Source: Nostoc punctiforme PCC 73102
Lineage (GTDB): Bacteria > Cyanobacteriota > Cyanobacteriia > Cyanobacteriales > Nostocaceae
Direction: 5' to 3'
NCBI RefSeq assembly: GCF_000020025.1
Contig: NC_010628.1
Location: 2,160,001-2,192,000, forward strand
Length of the DNA: 32,000 nt
The notes under the pieces were generated by a model. The model saw only the letters and a program-made list of their open reading frames with translations. It ran no database searches and was not told the origin of the DNA. A program made the translations under genes and the position numbers. Below are positions 1-9,000 of the stretch, one piece after another (position 1 is the first letter of the stretch; every line of letters begins with the position of its first letter).

Positions 1-66
1 AGTAGCCCCTGTCCAGATTCACCCAAGTTTCGTAGCATTTCTTCAATTTTTATCAAGAAAAAATCA

Positions 67-97
67 AAAATCAGAATTCAGAATGAATTCTGATTTT
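67..97. terminator. AT-rich perfect hairpin, possible bidirectional intrinsic terminator
   Basis: aaaatcagaattc (67-79), loop agaat (80-84), gaattctgatttt (85-97). This is a 13-bp perfect stem with an A-run on the left and a T-run on the right. No gene end can be assigned inside the window. Confidence 0.35.
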
Positions 98-104
98 TGA
101 ATAA

Positions 105-166
105 AAGGGTTTTATACACCCGCCAAATAAGGCCCATGTAAAATCAGGTGGTAGTATAAAACCCTT
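105..166. repeat. Long inverted repeat / hairpin of unknown role
   Basis: aagggttttatac (105-117) is the exact reverse complement of gtataaaaccctt (154-166). After a 2-nt internal mismatch, about 5 more pairs are possible (120-124 with 147-151). The loop is about 22 nt. Confidence 0.4.
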
Positions 167-501
167 GTATATATTATCAATCTTAGATTTTGACCAACCT
201 CTCCGGGCAAGGTAGTCCGGCTTGGGGCAGTCTTGTAGATTTATTTACACAGAATAAAGACTACGGCAAATGATGCGCCCTTTGTACTCCCTCAAGGAAG
301 AGCTTGGAAGTTTTTTCTCATACCGCGCGAGTTTTTCGTTTTAAAGCCAATGTTGAAATTGTTTGCAATTGATAGCACTAATAGCGATCGCTAAAATCTA
401 AAATGCTACCAATGCTGTAGCTACATTCACCATGCCATTTCAGGAAAATTATTTTGTTACGAATCTAGCGATCGTTAAGATGCATTCTGTGCAGGTATTA
501 A

Positions 502-1020
502 TCAACACAGTTGATTTACCTTAGCTGCAAGTTCTGCCGGGTTCATTTGCTCGTAGTGTTCAAAAGGTTGATGAATCCAGGGGTTTTCAGGCAAGTAATC
601 AACATAATAATCGGGTGGTATAACTGAACAGGCTTTATACCAAAGAACGGCAGTGCGAATTTCTTCAATGGGAAAACCAGTATTTTGCTTGAGCCAAGGT
701 ATAGTTTGTTGGAGTGTGATCCCAGAGTCTACTAAGTCATCTACTAGGAGAACGCGCGAACCTAACTTTTCGGCAGTCATTGTCAAGTGGCGCGAGAAAA
801 TTAAATTACTTCTTTCTTGCTTACCAGCGCCACTGTAGGATGAGGTTGCTAAAATTGCCAGGGGTTGCTGGTAAATGCGGGAGAGAATATCTCCAACTCG
901 CAGTCCTCCTCTGGCAAGACAGATAATCTGGTTGAATTCCCAACCAGATTGATAAATCTGGATAGCCAGTTGTTCAATTTTTTGGTGATAATCTGACCAA
1001 GAAACATAAAGGTCTGGCAT
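502..1020 (-). CDS. Xanthine-guanine phosphoribosyltransferase-like protein (Gpt / type I PRT family), 172 aa
   Basis: PRPP-binding loop VLLVDDLVDSGITL, ARGGL motif, and C-terminal WIHQPF resembling Gpt WIEQPW. The track ORF starts at a TTG (1104). The ATG at 1020 (MPDLYVSW...) gives a Gpt-like length. Confidence 0.8.
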   Translation of the reverse strand: MPDLYVSWSDYHQKIEQLAIQIYQSGWEFNQIICLARGGLRVGDILSRIYQQPLAILATSSYSGAGKQERSNLIFSRHLTMTAEKLGSRVLLVDDLVDSGITLQQTIPWLKQNTGFPIEEIRTAVLWYKACSVIPPDYYVDYLPENPWIHQPFEHYEQMNPAELAAKVNQLC

Positions 1021-1142
1021 AAGTCTAACGGGAGTGGTAAATAACTGGTATTGAAGGCGATGTCTACGATGGTCACTGAGCTTGCCGAAGTGCGGGCTAC
1101 GCAAACTGCAAACTTTTTATTCTAGTATGAGCGCAAGTTATT

Positions 1143-2597
1143 ATGAAAGATTCTGCTGCTGATGGCGATGCCCAACGAGATATTCTTAGTGAAAAACTCG
1201 ATTTAAAAACAAAGCTGGCTTATGGTGCAGGGGATTTAGGACCAGCAATTACTGCAAATATCTCCGTCTTTTATCTGCTGATTTTCTTTACCAGTGTCGC
1301 TGGTATCCCTGCGGGTTTAGCTGGCACTATTTTGATGATTGGCAAAATCTGGGATGGAGTAAACGATCCTCTTGTCGGGTTTCTGACTGATAAAACGAAA
1401 TCTCGTCGTTGGGGCCGTCGTCTTCCTTGGATGTTTTATGGAGCAATCCCCTTTGGAATTTTCTTTTTCTTGCAGTGGATTGTACCGCAATTTAGTGCAA
1501 ATAAGAGTAATAATATTTGGCCGCTGTTTTGGTACTACGTAGCAATTGGGGTGATATCTCAGGCGTTTTACACGGTTGTGAATTTGCCTTATACGGCGAT
1601 GACTCCAGAACTAACTCAAGATTACGACGAACGCACCAGCCTTAACAGCTATCGCTTTACATTTTCCATTGGTGGCAGCATTTTATCATTGATTTTAACA
1701 GGAATTGTTTTTTCGCAGATTGCCGATCGCCAACAACGATATCTGGTTTTAGCGGGAATTTGTACTGTAATTTCGATTTTAGGATTATATTGCTGCGTTT
1801 TTGGAGTTCGCGATCGCATCTTGGCTTTTGAGGCCAAACGTATCGAAACCGAGGAACCTGAATCTCTCCCCTTCGGCGAACAGCTAAAAATTGTCTTCAG
1901 CAACCGACCTTTTATATTTGTTATTGGTATATATCTTTTTTCTTGGCTAGCTGTGCAGATAACAGCCAGCATTATCCCCTATTTTGTAGTCAATTATATG
2001 GGTCTAAAAGAAGAATCAGATGTGCCCATGATTCTGATTGCAGTGCAAGGAACTGCTCTGCTGATGCTATTTGTCTGGGGAGCGTTGAGTAAAAAAATCG
2101 GGAAAAAAATTGTTTATTTTCTAGGAATGATTTTATGGATAATAGCCGCCGCCGGACTATTTTTCTTACAACCTGGTCAAATAGTTTTGATGTATGTGAT
2201 GGCTGTGATGGCAGGGATTGGTGTCTCCACAGCTTATCTAATTCCCTGGTCGATGATTCCAGATGTGATTGAATTAGATGAACTGCAAACGGGACAGCGC
2301 AGAGAAGGCATTTTTTATGGCTTCATGGTTTTGCTACAAAAATTTGGTTTAGCTTTCGGACTGTTTTTGGTAGGAAATGCTTTGCAAGCATCGGGTTTCA
2401 AAGAATCTGTAGCCGGAAGTCCACTACCTATCCAACCAGAATCTGCACTGTTTGCTATTCGCATTGCGGTTGGCCCTATACCTACAGTTTGTTTGCTTTG
2501 TGGTTTAGTTTTAACGTATTTTTACCCAATTACCCGCGAGATGCACGCAGAAATCATGCTGAAACTCAAAGAACGGCAAGACAAGAGGGGAACTTAA
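1143..2597 (+). CDS. MFS transporter, glycoside-pentoside-hexuronide (GPH, MelB-like) cation symporter family
   Basis: 484 aa and strongly hydrophobic, with about 12 predicted TM segments. GPH-type loop motif DGVNDPLVGFLTDKTKSRRWGRRLPW. ATG start. Confidence 0.85.
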   Translation: MKDSAADGDAQRDILSEKLDLKTKLAYGAGDLGPAITANISVFYLLIFFTSVAGIPAGLAGTILMIGKIWDGVNDPLVGFLTDKTKSRRWGRRLPWMFYGAIPFGIFFFLQWIVPQFSANKSNNIWPLFWYYVAIGVISQAFYTVVNLPYTAMTPELTQDYDERTSLNSYRFTFSIGGSILSLILTGIVFSQIADRQQRYLVLAGICTVISILGLYCCVFGVRDRILAFEAKRIETEEPESLPFGEQLKIVFSNRPFIFVIGIYLFSWLAVQITASIIPYFVVNYMGLKEESDVPMILIAVQGTALLMLFVWGALSKKIGKKIVYFLGMILWIIAAAGLFFLQPGQIVLMYVMAVMAGIGVSTAYLIPWSMIPDVIELDELQTGQRREGIFYGFMVLLQKFGLAFGLFLVGNALQASGFKESVAGSPLPIQPESALFAIRIAVGPIPTVCLLCGLVLTYFYPITREMHAEIMLKLKERQDKRGT

Positions 2598-2630
2598 GGG
2601 AGCGGGGAAAGATTTTTTCGTTTTACAGTT

Positions 2631-3311
2631 TCAAACCCTTAATTGAGTTACCGCAATATTGCCGGAAAAACATACATCCACATCACTACCAGGGGTGCGA
2701 TCGCGTTTGCCATATTCTCCTACATAATAAAAATCATCGCCTTCAATTCGATAGTTGACAGGCAAAGGTTTGCTACAGGCTTGGCAAAACACTATCTCAG
2801 GATGTGGTTCTCCTGGTAGCAGATTCGGCAAGTTCACATTCCAAAAGCTTCCCGGTTCTAGGGGACGCTTGAGTAAGTCCGCTAAAACTTCAGCTGTCAA
2901 TTTGGCAGCCAGATCCCAATCAAAATTCTGCTTGGCTTTGCGATAGTGGGAAATAGCAATTCCGGGAATACCGTGCATTGCGGCTTCCCGCACAGCAGCC
3001 ACTGTGCCAGAAATGTAGACATCGACTCCCAAGTTGCCCCCAGCGTTGATACCTGAAAGCACAAATTTGACATCTGCATTAATTTGTGTTAACGCAATTC
3101 TCACACAATCGGCGGGAGTGCCTGCGATCGCATATTCAGTCTCAGAACGTTGTTGGAGGTTGATGGCGCGAGTGGTAGTAACTTGATGTCCACAGCCAGA
3201 CTGATGATCTACAGGAGCAGCGATAATAACATTTTTGCCATTTACAGCTTTGATTAGAGCTTTTATACCGGGGGCATCAATGCCGTCATCGTTAGTTAAA
3301 ATTATAGTCAT
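2631..3311 (-). CDS. surE: 5'/3'-nucleotidase SurE
   Basis: N-terminus MTIILTNDDGIDAPGIKAL carries the SurE NDDG signature. SGINAGGNLG and ISGTVAAVREA motifs are present. 226 aa. Confidence 0.9.
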   Translation of the reverse strand: MTIILTNDDGIDAPGIKALIKAVNGKNVIIAAPVDHQSGCGHQVTTTRAINLQQRSETEYAIAGTPADCVRIALTQINADVKFVLSGINAGGNLGVDVYISGTVAAVREAAMHGIPGIAISHYRKAKQNFDWDLAAKLTAEVLADLLKRPLEPGSFWNVNLPNLLPGEPHPEIVFCQACSKPLPVNYRIEGDDFYYVGEYGKRDRTPGSDVDVCFSGNIAVTQLRV

Positions 3312-3511
3312 GTATATATTATTAAGGAATTGCTAGCAGTTGCGGTGTTCAAAATGTAACCTAAAGTTGTAATTCCCCAATATTTGCGTGTCTGGTCACT
3401 AAGATAACCGATCCCTAGGCACAAGCCATGACCAATCAAAAATACCAAGCTATGGTTAATTCCATAGTTGGGAAAAATATATCTAGATTTTTCTGGCTGC
3501 GTTGATACTTT

Positions 3512-5035
3512 TTAAATTTGCCAAAAGTTAGCGATCGCTTGCGGTAATGGCAAAATAATTACAATCAACAAAGCCATTGCCAGTAATCCCCAAATATCAC
3601 GTTTGTTATCCAATTCAGTGACATCATTGAGTGCAGGCTCATCAATCAACGGCATAAATAATAAGATAATCGCCCACATCAAAAATTCTTCCCGGATTAA
3701 CGAAAGTAATAGCAAGAGGAGGCGAGCCACTTGACCGATTATAATTGCAACTCGTTGGCCAAACATTGCATGGACAATGTGGCCTCCATCTAGCTGTCCC
3801 ACAGGCATTAAATTTAACGCCGTCACAATTAGTCCGATAAAACCAGCTACTGCAACTGGATGCAAATCAAGGGCTGATTTTGCTGTTAACTGACTTCCCA
3901 AGGCTAGCTTCGACAGTAGCGCTAGTAAGATGGAATATTTGGGATTAAGGGCATCAGGATTCAAAAATCGGGTTTTTTCTTCAATCAGAGGAACCACCTC
4001 AGAATGAGCCAAGCCCCATATTAATAATGGCAAGGTAACAACAAAGCCTGCAAGTGGTCCAGCGATACTAATGTCAAATAATGCTTTGCGGTTGGGAATG
4101 GGACTACGCATCTGAATAAATGCACCAAAAGTTCCCAAAAAGAAAGGCATTGGAATAAAGTAAGGCAACGTCGAGCGAATTTTGTAGAATTTAGCCGTCA
4201 AATAATGCCCAAGTTCGTGAATACCTAAAATAGTCATTAATCCTAAAGCATAAGGTAATCCTTTGAATAGGACATCTGGGTTAGATAGAACTTTGAATAA
4301 AGAGCCAATTTCCCATAGAGGCGGAAGAGAAGCACCAGCAATTTCCACTCCCACTAAGGTAGTAGTTATCAAAGTAGCTACTACTAGTAGAAGTGCTAAT
4401 CCTGGTCGAGTTAAGCGTTCTTGTTCGCGTCGTGGTGTATTTCTGTCTTTAGCAGCCTGAATATTAGGAACCAGCACAAAGAAAGGTTTGTCATTTAAAC
4501 CTTCTTGAAAGATCAACACGAAGCGATCGCCAAATTGTGCTTCAATATTAGTCTTAATCTGTTGGTAAGCGTTGCTGGCTTTAGTTCGCAACTGACCCCG
4601 GCAAATTACGGCTTGTGGTCGATACTCAATATTTTGAACGTAATATACAGACCAAGGAAAACAATTTCGCAGTTGAGTTTCTTCTGTTGGCTCAATGGGA
4701 CGCACTAGTGGTTCTGGGGTAGGCTGGATAATCGGCTGTGATTCTGAGGCTTGGGCTGGAACTTCGGTTTGCGTATCTCTTGGCACTCGCCGGCCTCCTA
4801 GAAACAATATCCAGTACAACACTGTGCAGACAAATAACGACGAAACAATCAGCGCTGGTGGCGGAGGTTGTTTCGTTCCATATATCAGCGTCCATCCACT
4901 TAACAAGAATGCTGGTGTCATTAAAACCAGCCACAACAACCATACTGGCGTTCGAGTGATGTGAGCGACGCTGTGCTGCACCATTAGATAAGTAGCTAGC
5001 CCCAGTAGGAGAATAAACAGAAACCAAAATGCCAT
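3512..5035 (-). CDS. Site-2 protease family (peptidase M50) membrane metalloprotease
   Basis: HELGHY (HExxH) lies in a TM segment, followed by NLMPVGQLDGGH (LDG motif); the protein is polytopic. The track start 5119 is TTG. In-frame ATGs are at 5086 and 5035, and I chose 5035 (MAFWFLF...). The start is uncertain. Confidence 0.85.
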   Translation of the reverse strand: MAFWFLFILLLGLATYLMVQHSVAHITRTPVWLLWLVLMTPAFLLSGWTLIYGTKQPPPPALIVSSLFVCTVLYWILFLGGRRVPRDTQTEVPAQASESQPIIQPTPEPLVRPIEPTEETQLRNCFPWSVYYVQNIEYRPQAVICRGQLRTKASNAYQQIKTNIEAQFGDRFVLIFQEGLNDKPFFVLVPNIQAAKDRNTPRREQERLTRPGLALLLVVATLITTTLVGVEIAGASLPPLWEIGSLFKVLSNPDVLFKGLPYALGLMTILGIHELGHYLTAKFYKIRSTLPYFIPMPFFLGTFGAFIQMRSPIPNRKALFDISIAGPLAGFVVTLPLLIWGLAHSEVVPLIEEKTRFLNPDALNPKYSILLALLSKLALGSQLTAKSALDLHPVAVAGFIGLIVTALNLMPVGQLDGGHIVHAMFGQRVAIIIGQVARLLLLLLSLIREEFLMWAIILLFMPLIDEPALNDVTELDNKRDIWGLLAMALLIVIILPLPQAIANFWQI

Positions 5036-5207
5036 GTTATCTTCAGTAATTTTGACAAAACGGCCTACCAGTAGCTTCAGCACCATAGCATTAACTACGA
5101 GGCAGACCTCAAATCCCAATTTTTTCAGATGGTTTACAGTTCAATTCTTCAGAATTTCTACACTGTAACCAGATTGTCCACAACTCCTCAGTTCCGGTTT
5201 TTTGATT

Positions 5208-5942
5208 ATGTGCCCTTTACCTCAACAGCCAAGTCATACAACTAAGCCACCACGGGCTGTCTTTCCTCAAGAAATTCCTAGCGGAAGTTCCTTGCAATCG
5301 GACTTCGCACAAGATAGCATTTTTGCTTTCCCACCCAATCGGGACACATTAGGAGGAACCTCTTATTTTATTGTAAGAAATGAAGGCAATATCCTTATAG
5401 ATTGCCCTGCCCTGAACCAAACAAATCAAGACTTTTTAGCAGCGCATGGAGGCGTGCGTTGGTTATTTCTCACCTATCGAGGCGCTATTGGCAAAACTGC
5501 TGAAATTCAGAAAGCCTTGGGTTGCGAAGTCCTGATCCAAGAACAAGAAGCTTATTTATTACCAGGCTTACCCGTAACTACCTTTAGTCAAGAATTTACT
5601 CTTGATGCGGCAGTCAAAATTATTTGGACACCAGGTCATTCTCCCGGATCATCTTGCCTATACTACAGTAAGCTTGGAGGTATATTGTTTTCTGGTCGCC
5701 ATTTAGTTCCTAATCAGAAGGGGGAAGCAGTACCATTACGGGTAACTAAAACCTTTCACTGGCCACGACAAATCAACAGTGTTCAGTTATTATTACAAAC
5801 ATTTACACCAGAAACTCTTAAGTACATTTGTCCCGGAGCTAATACAGGTTTTCTTAGGGGCAAGCGTTTTATAGATCGAGCTTATCAACATCTCGCCTCT
5901 CTGGATTTACCAGCTTTGCTGCGGATGCAGCCCCTTCTTTAA
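5208..5942 (+). CDS. MBL-fold metallo-hydrolase
   Basis: The beta-lactamase-fold pattern (NILIDCP ... WTPGHSPGSSC ... LFSGRH) matches the cyanobacterial MBL-fold family. The track start 5202 is TTG and the ATG is at 5208. Confidence 0.7.
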   Translation: MCPLPQQPSHTTKPPRAVFPQEIPSGSSLQSDFAQDSIFAFPPNRDTLGGTSYFIVRNEGNILIDCPALNQTNQDFLAAHGGVRWLFLTYRGAIGKTAEIQKALGCEVLIQEQEAYLLPGLPVTTFSQEFTLDAAVKIIWTPGHSPGSSCLYYSKLGGILFSGRHLVPNQKGEAVPLRVTKTFHWPRQINSVQLLLQTFTPETLKYICPGANTGFLRGKRFIDRAYQHLASLDLPALLRMQPLL

Positions 5943-6093
5943 AATAAAGACTCCTTCACGAGTATCAAAAACTTATCCTAATGCCCAATACCCAATAAAC
6001 TATAGTTCTTTTTGATACTAATGTAAAATATAATTTAAGGAAGATACTGTCTGGGGAATTCTAGCGTTAGACAAGGAATTCTGGTAAAAATTT

Positions 6094-9000
6094 ATGAGTG
6101 CAAAAGTTGATGGAACTGTAAGGATCGCTGGCTACCAAATTATAGAGCAACTCTATTCTGGTTCTCGGACTCAAGTGTATCGGGCAATACGAGAATGCGA
6201 TCGCCAACCAGTCGTCATCAAGCTCTTAAAACGAGAATATCCAAGTTTTAGCGAATTAGTACAGTTTCGCAACCAATATGCGATCGCTAAAAACCTAGAT
6301 ATTCCCAGTATCATTAAACCTTACAGCCTAGAACCCCATCACAATGGCTATGCCCTAGTTATGGAAGACTTTGGTGGCATCTCCTTGCGGCAATTTACCC
6401 AAAGACGACCACTGAGCTTAGAGGAATTCCTACCCATTGCCTTGCAACTAATAGACACTTTACACCAGTTGCATCAACAGCGCGTCATTCACAAAGATGT
6501 CAAGCCAGCTAATATCCTGATTCATCCTGAAACCAAAAAAATTAAGCTAATCGACTTCAGTATTGCCTCGCTGCTACCACGAGAAACCCAGGAAATTCAA
6601 AGTCCCAACGGACTGGAGGGAACCCTAGCGTATTTGTCGCCAGAGCAAACTGGACGGATGAACCGAGGCATTGACTACCGCAGCGACTTTTATTCATTAG
6701 GTGTGACTTTCTTTGAACTACTGAGTGGACAACTGCCTTTTACATCTCACGATCCGATGGAGTTGTTACATTGTCATATCGCCAAACAGCCTGACTCTAT
6801 CTGTAATCTCAACCCGGAAATCCCCTTGATGTTGGGAGAGATTATTTGCAAGTTGATGGCAAAGAATGCCGAAGACCGCTACCAAAGTGCGATGGGACTC
6901 AAGCATGACTTAGTGTTCTGTTTAGAACAATGGCAAGAAACAGGCAAACACACTTGGTTTGATTTAGGACAGCGCGATATCAGCGATCGCTTTCTCATTC
7001 CTGAAAAACTCTACGGACGGGAGCAGGAAATAGAATGCTTACTGGAGGTATTTGGGCGGGTTGCCAATGGTGCAGTGGAACTGATGCTGGTGGCTGGCTT
7101 CTCTGGCATTGGTAAAACTGCCGTGGTGAATGAAGTGCATAAGGTTATCGTTCGCTGGAACGGCTACTTCATCAAAGGAAAGTATGACCAGTTCAACCGC
7201 AATATTCCCCTGTCTGCTTTTGTACAAGCTTTCCGGGATTTGATGGGACAGTTGCTCACTGAAAGCGACACTCAGCTGGAACAGTGGCGAAAAAAAATTC
7301 TGTCTGCAATCTCTGAAAGTGGACAGGTGATAATTGAAGTGATTCCAGAATTAGAACGGATTATTGGCACGCAACCGCCAGTACCAGAATTATCGGGTAG
7401 TGCTGCACAGAACCGCTTCAATCTGCTGTTTGTCAAATTTATTCAGGTATTCGCTACAAGAGAGCATCCGTTAGTAGTGTTCCTCGATGATTTACAGTGG
7501 GCAAATTTGGCATCTCTCAATTTAATAAGGCTGTTAATGGGTGAAACCTTAAAGGGTTATCTGTTAATTATTGGCGCATACCGTGATAATGAAGTGTTTG
7601 CGGCTCATCCGTTAATGGTGGCCCTGGAAGAGATTGAGAAGGGAGCCACCGTCAGCACCATTACATTAGCTCCTTTGAATCAAACAGATGTGAATCGTTT
7701 GATTGCCGATACATTGAGTTATTCAACAGAAGTTGCCCTGCCGTTAACCGAGCTAGTTTATCAAAAAGCCAAAGGTAATCCGTTTTTTACAATCCAGTTT
7801 CTCAAGGCATTACATGAAGATGGACGAATTACCTTTGATTGGGATACAGGTTTGTGGCAGTGCGATCTGGTGCAAGTACCCAGACGCACGGCAGCTTGTC
7901 TTCAGACATCGCTTTCTTTAACGGATGATGTCGTTGAGTTTATGGCAATTCAACTACAAAAGTTGCCGCTCGAAACTCAGGAAATTCTGAAATTGGCAGC
8001 CTGTATCGGTAATCAATTTGATTTGGCGACATTGGCGATCGTTTTTGAACAGTCTCCAACCCAAACAGCAGCAGTTTTGTGGAAAGCGTTGCAAGAAGGG
8101 TTAGTTTTACCACATTGTGATATCTATAAGTTTTATCAAGAGTCAGAAGCAATAAGAGATTCTTCTGACTTGGGGATTCTGGATTCTGGTTCCTGTGTTT
8201 ACACATTTCTGCACGATCGCGTCCAACAAGCAGCATATTCTCTCATCCCAGAGGAGCAAAAACAGGCAACTCATCTAAAAATTGGCCAGTTACTTCTGAG
8301 TAATACCCCCGAAAGCAACCGGGAAGAACGCATTTTTGAAATTGTCAGTCAACTTAACGTTGCGGCTGAATTGATTGCCCAACCCGCAGAACGTCAAGCA
8401 TTAGCGCAATTTAACCTGATGGCAAGCCGCAAAGCCAAGGCAGCGATTGCTTACACTGCCGCCTGCAAATATGCCCAAGTGGGCATTGGGCTACTCGCCC
8501 AAAACAGTTGGCAGCATCAGTATGAGTTAACCCTAGCACTCCATCAAGTTGCCACAGAAGCTGCCTATCTGAGCGGTGATTTAGAACAGATGGCAGCCAA
8601 TGCTCATCTTGTCTTAAATCACGCCAAAACTCCATTAGATAAAATCAGCGTCTATGAGGTGAAGATTGAAGTATTCACTGCTCAGGGTTATTTTGCCGAA
8701 GCGATCGCAGCAGCACTTACCATTTTAAAGCAATTGGGAGTGGAACTACCCACAGTGCCTACCCAGGAAGATGTGGCAGTGGCCTTTAGTACCGTCTTAG
8801 ATGTAATTGGAGAGCGATTCCCTGCCGAGTTGCTCAACCTCAGCGATGCGAGGGATGCAAACATCCTGGCAGCAGCTCGAATTTTGACATCAGTAGCACC
8901 TTGCGCTTATCTGTTCCAGCCACAGTTGTATTTACTGGTGATTTTAAAAAAGGTTTATTTATCTGTCGTCTATGGTAATGAATCAACCTCGACCTTTAGC

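Noticed and set aside
1-60. Possible gene fragment at the left edge: a plus-strand frame open to 91-93, or a minus-strand ATG at 36-38.
   Set aside because: There are too few codons to support any call, and frames are open by chance at this length.
1021-1142. Purine or ZTP-type riboswitch associated with the phosphoribosyltransferase gene.
   Set aside because: The only 5' leader available is about 120 nt shared with the divergent transporter, and it shows no match to riboswitch cores I know. The structured region at 60-501 is downstream of the gene, not upstream.
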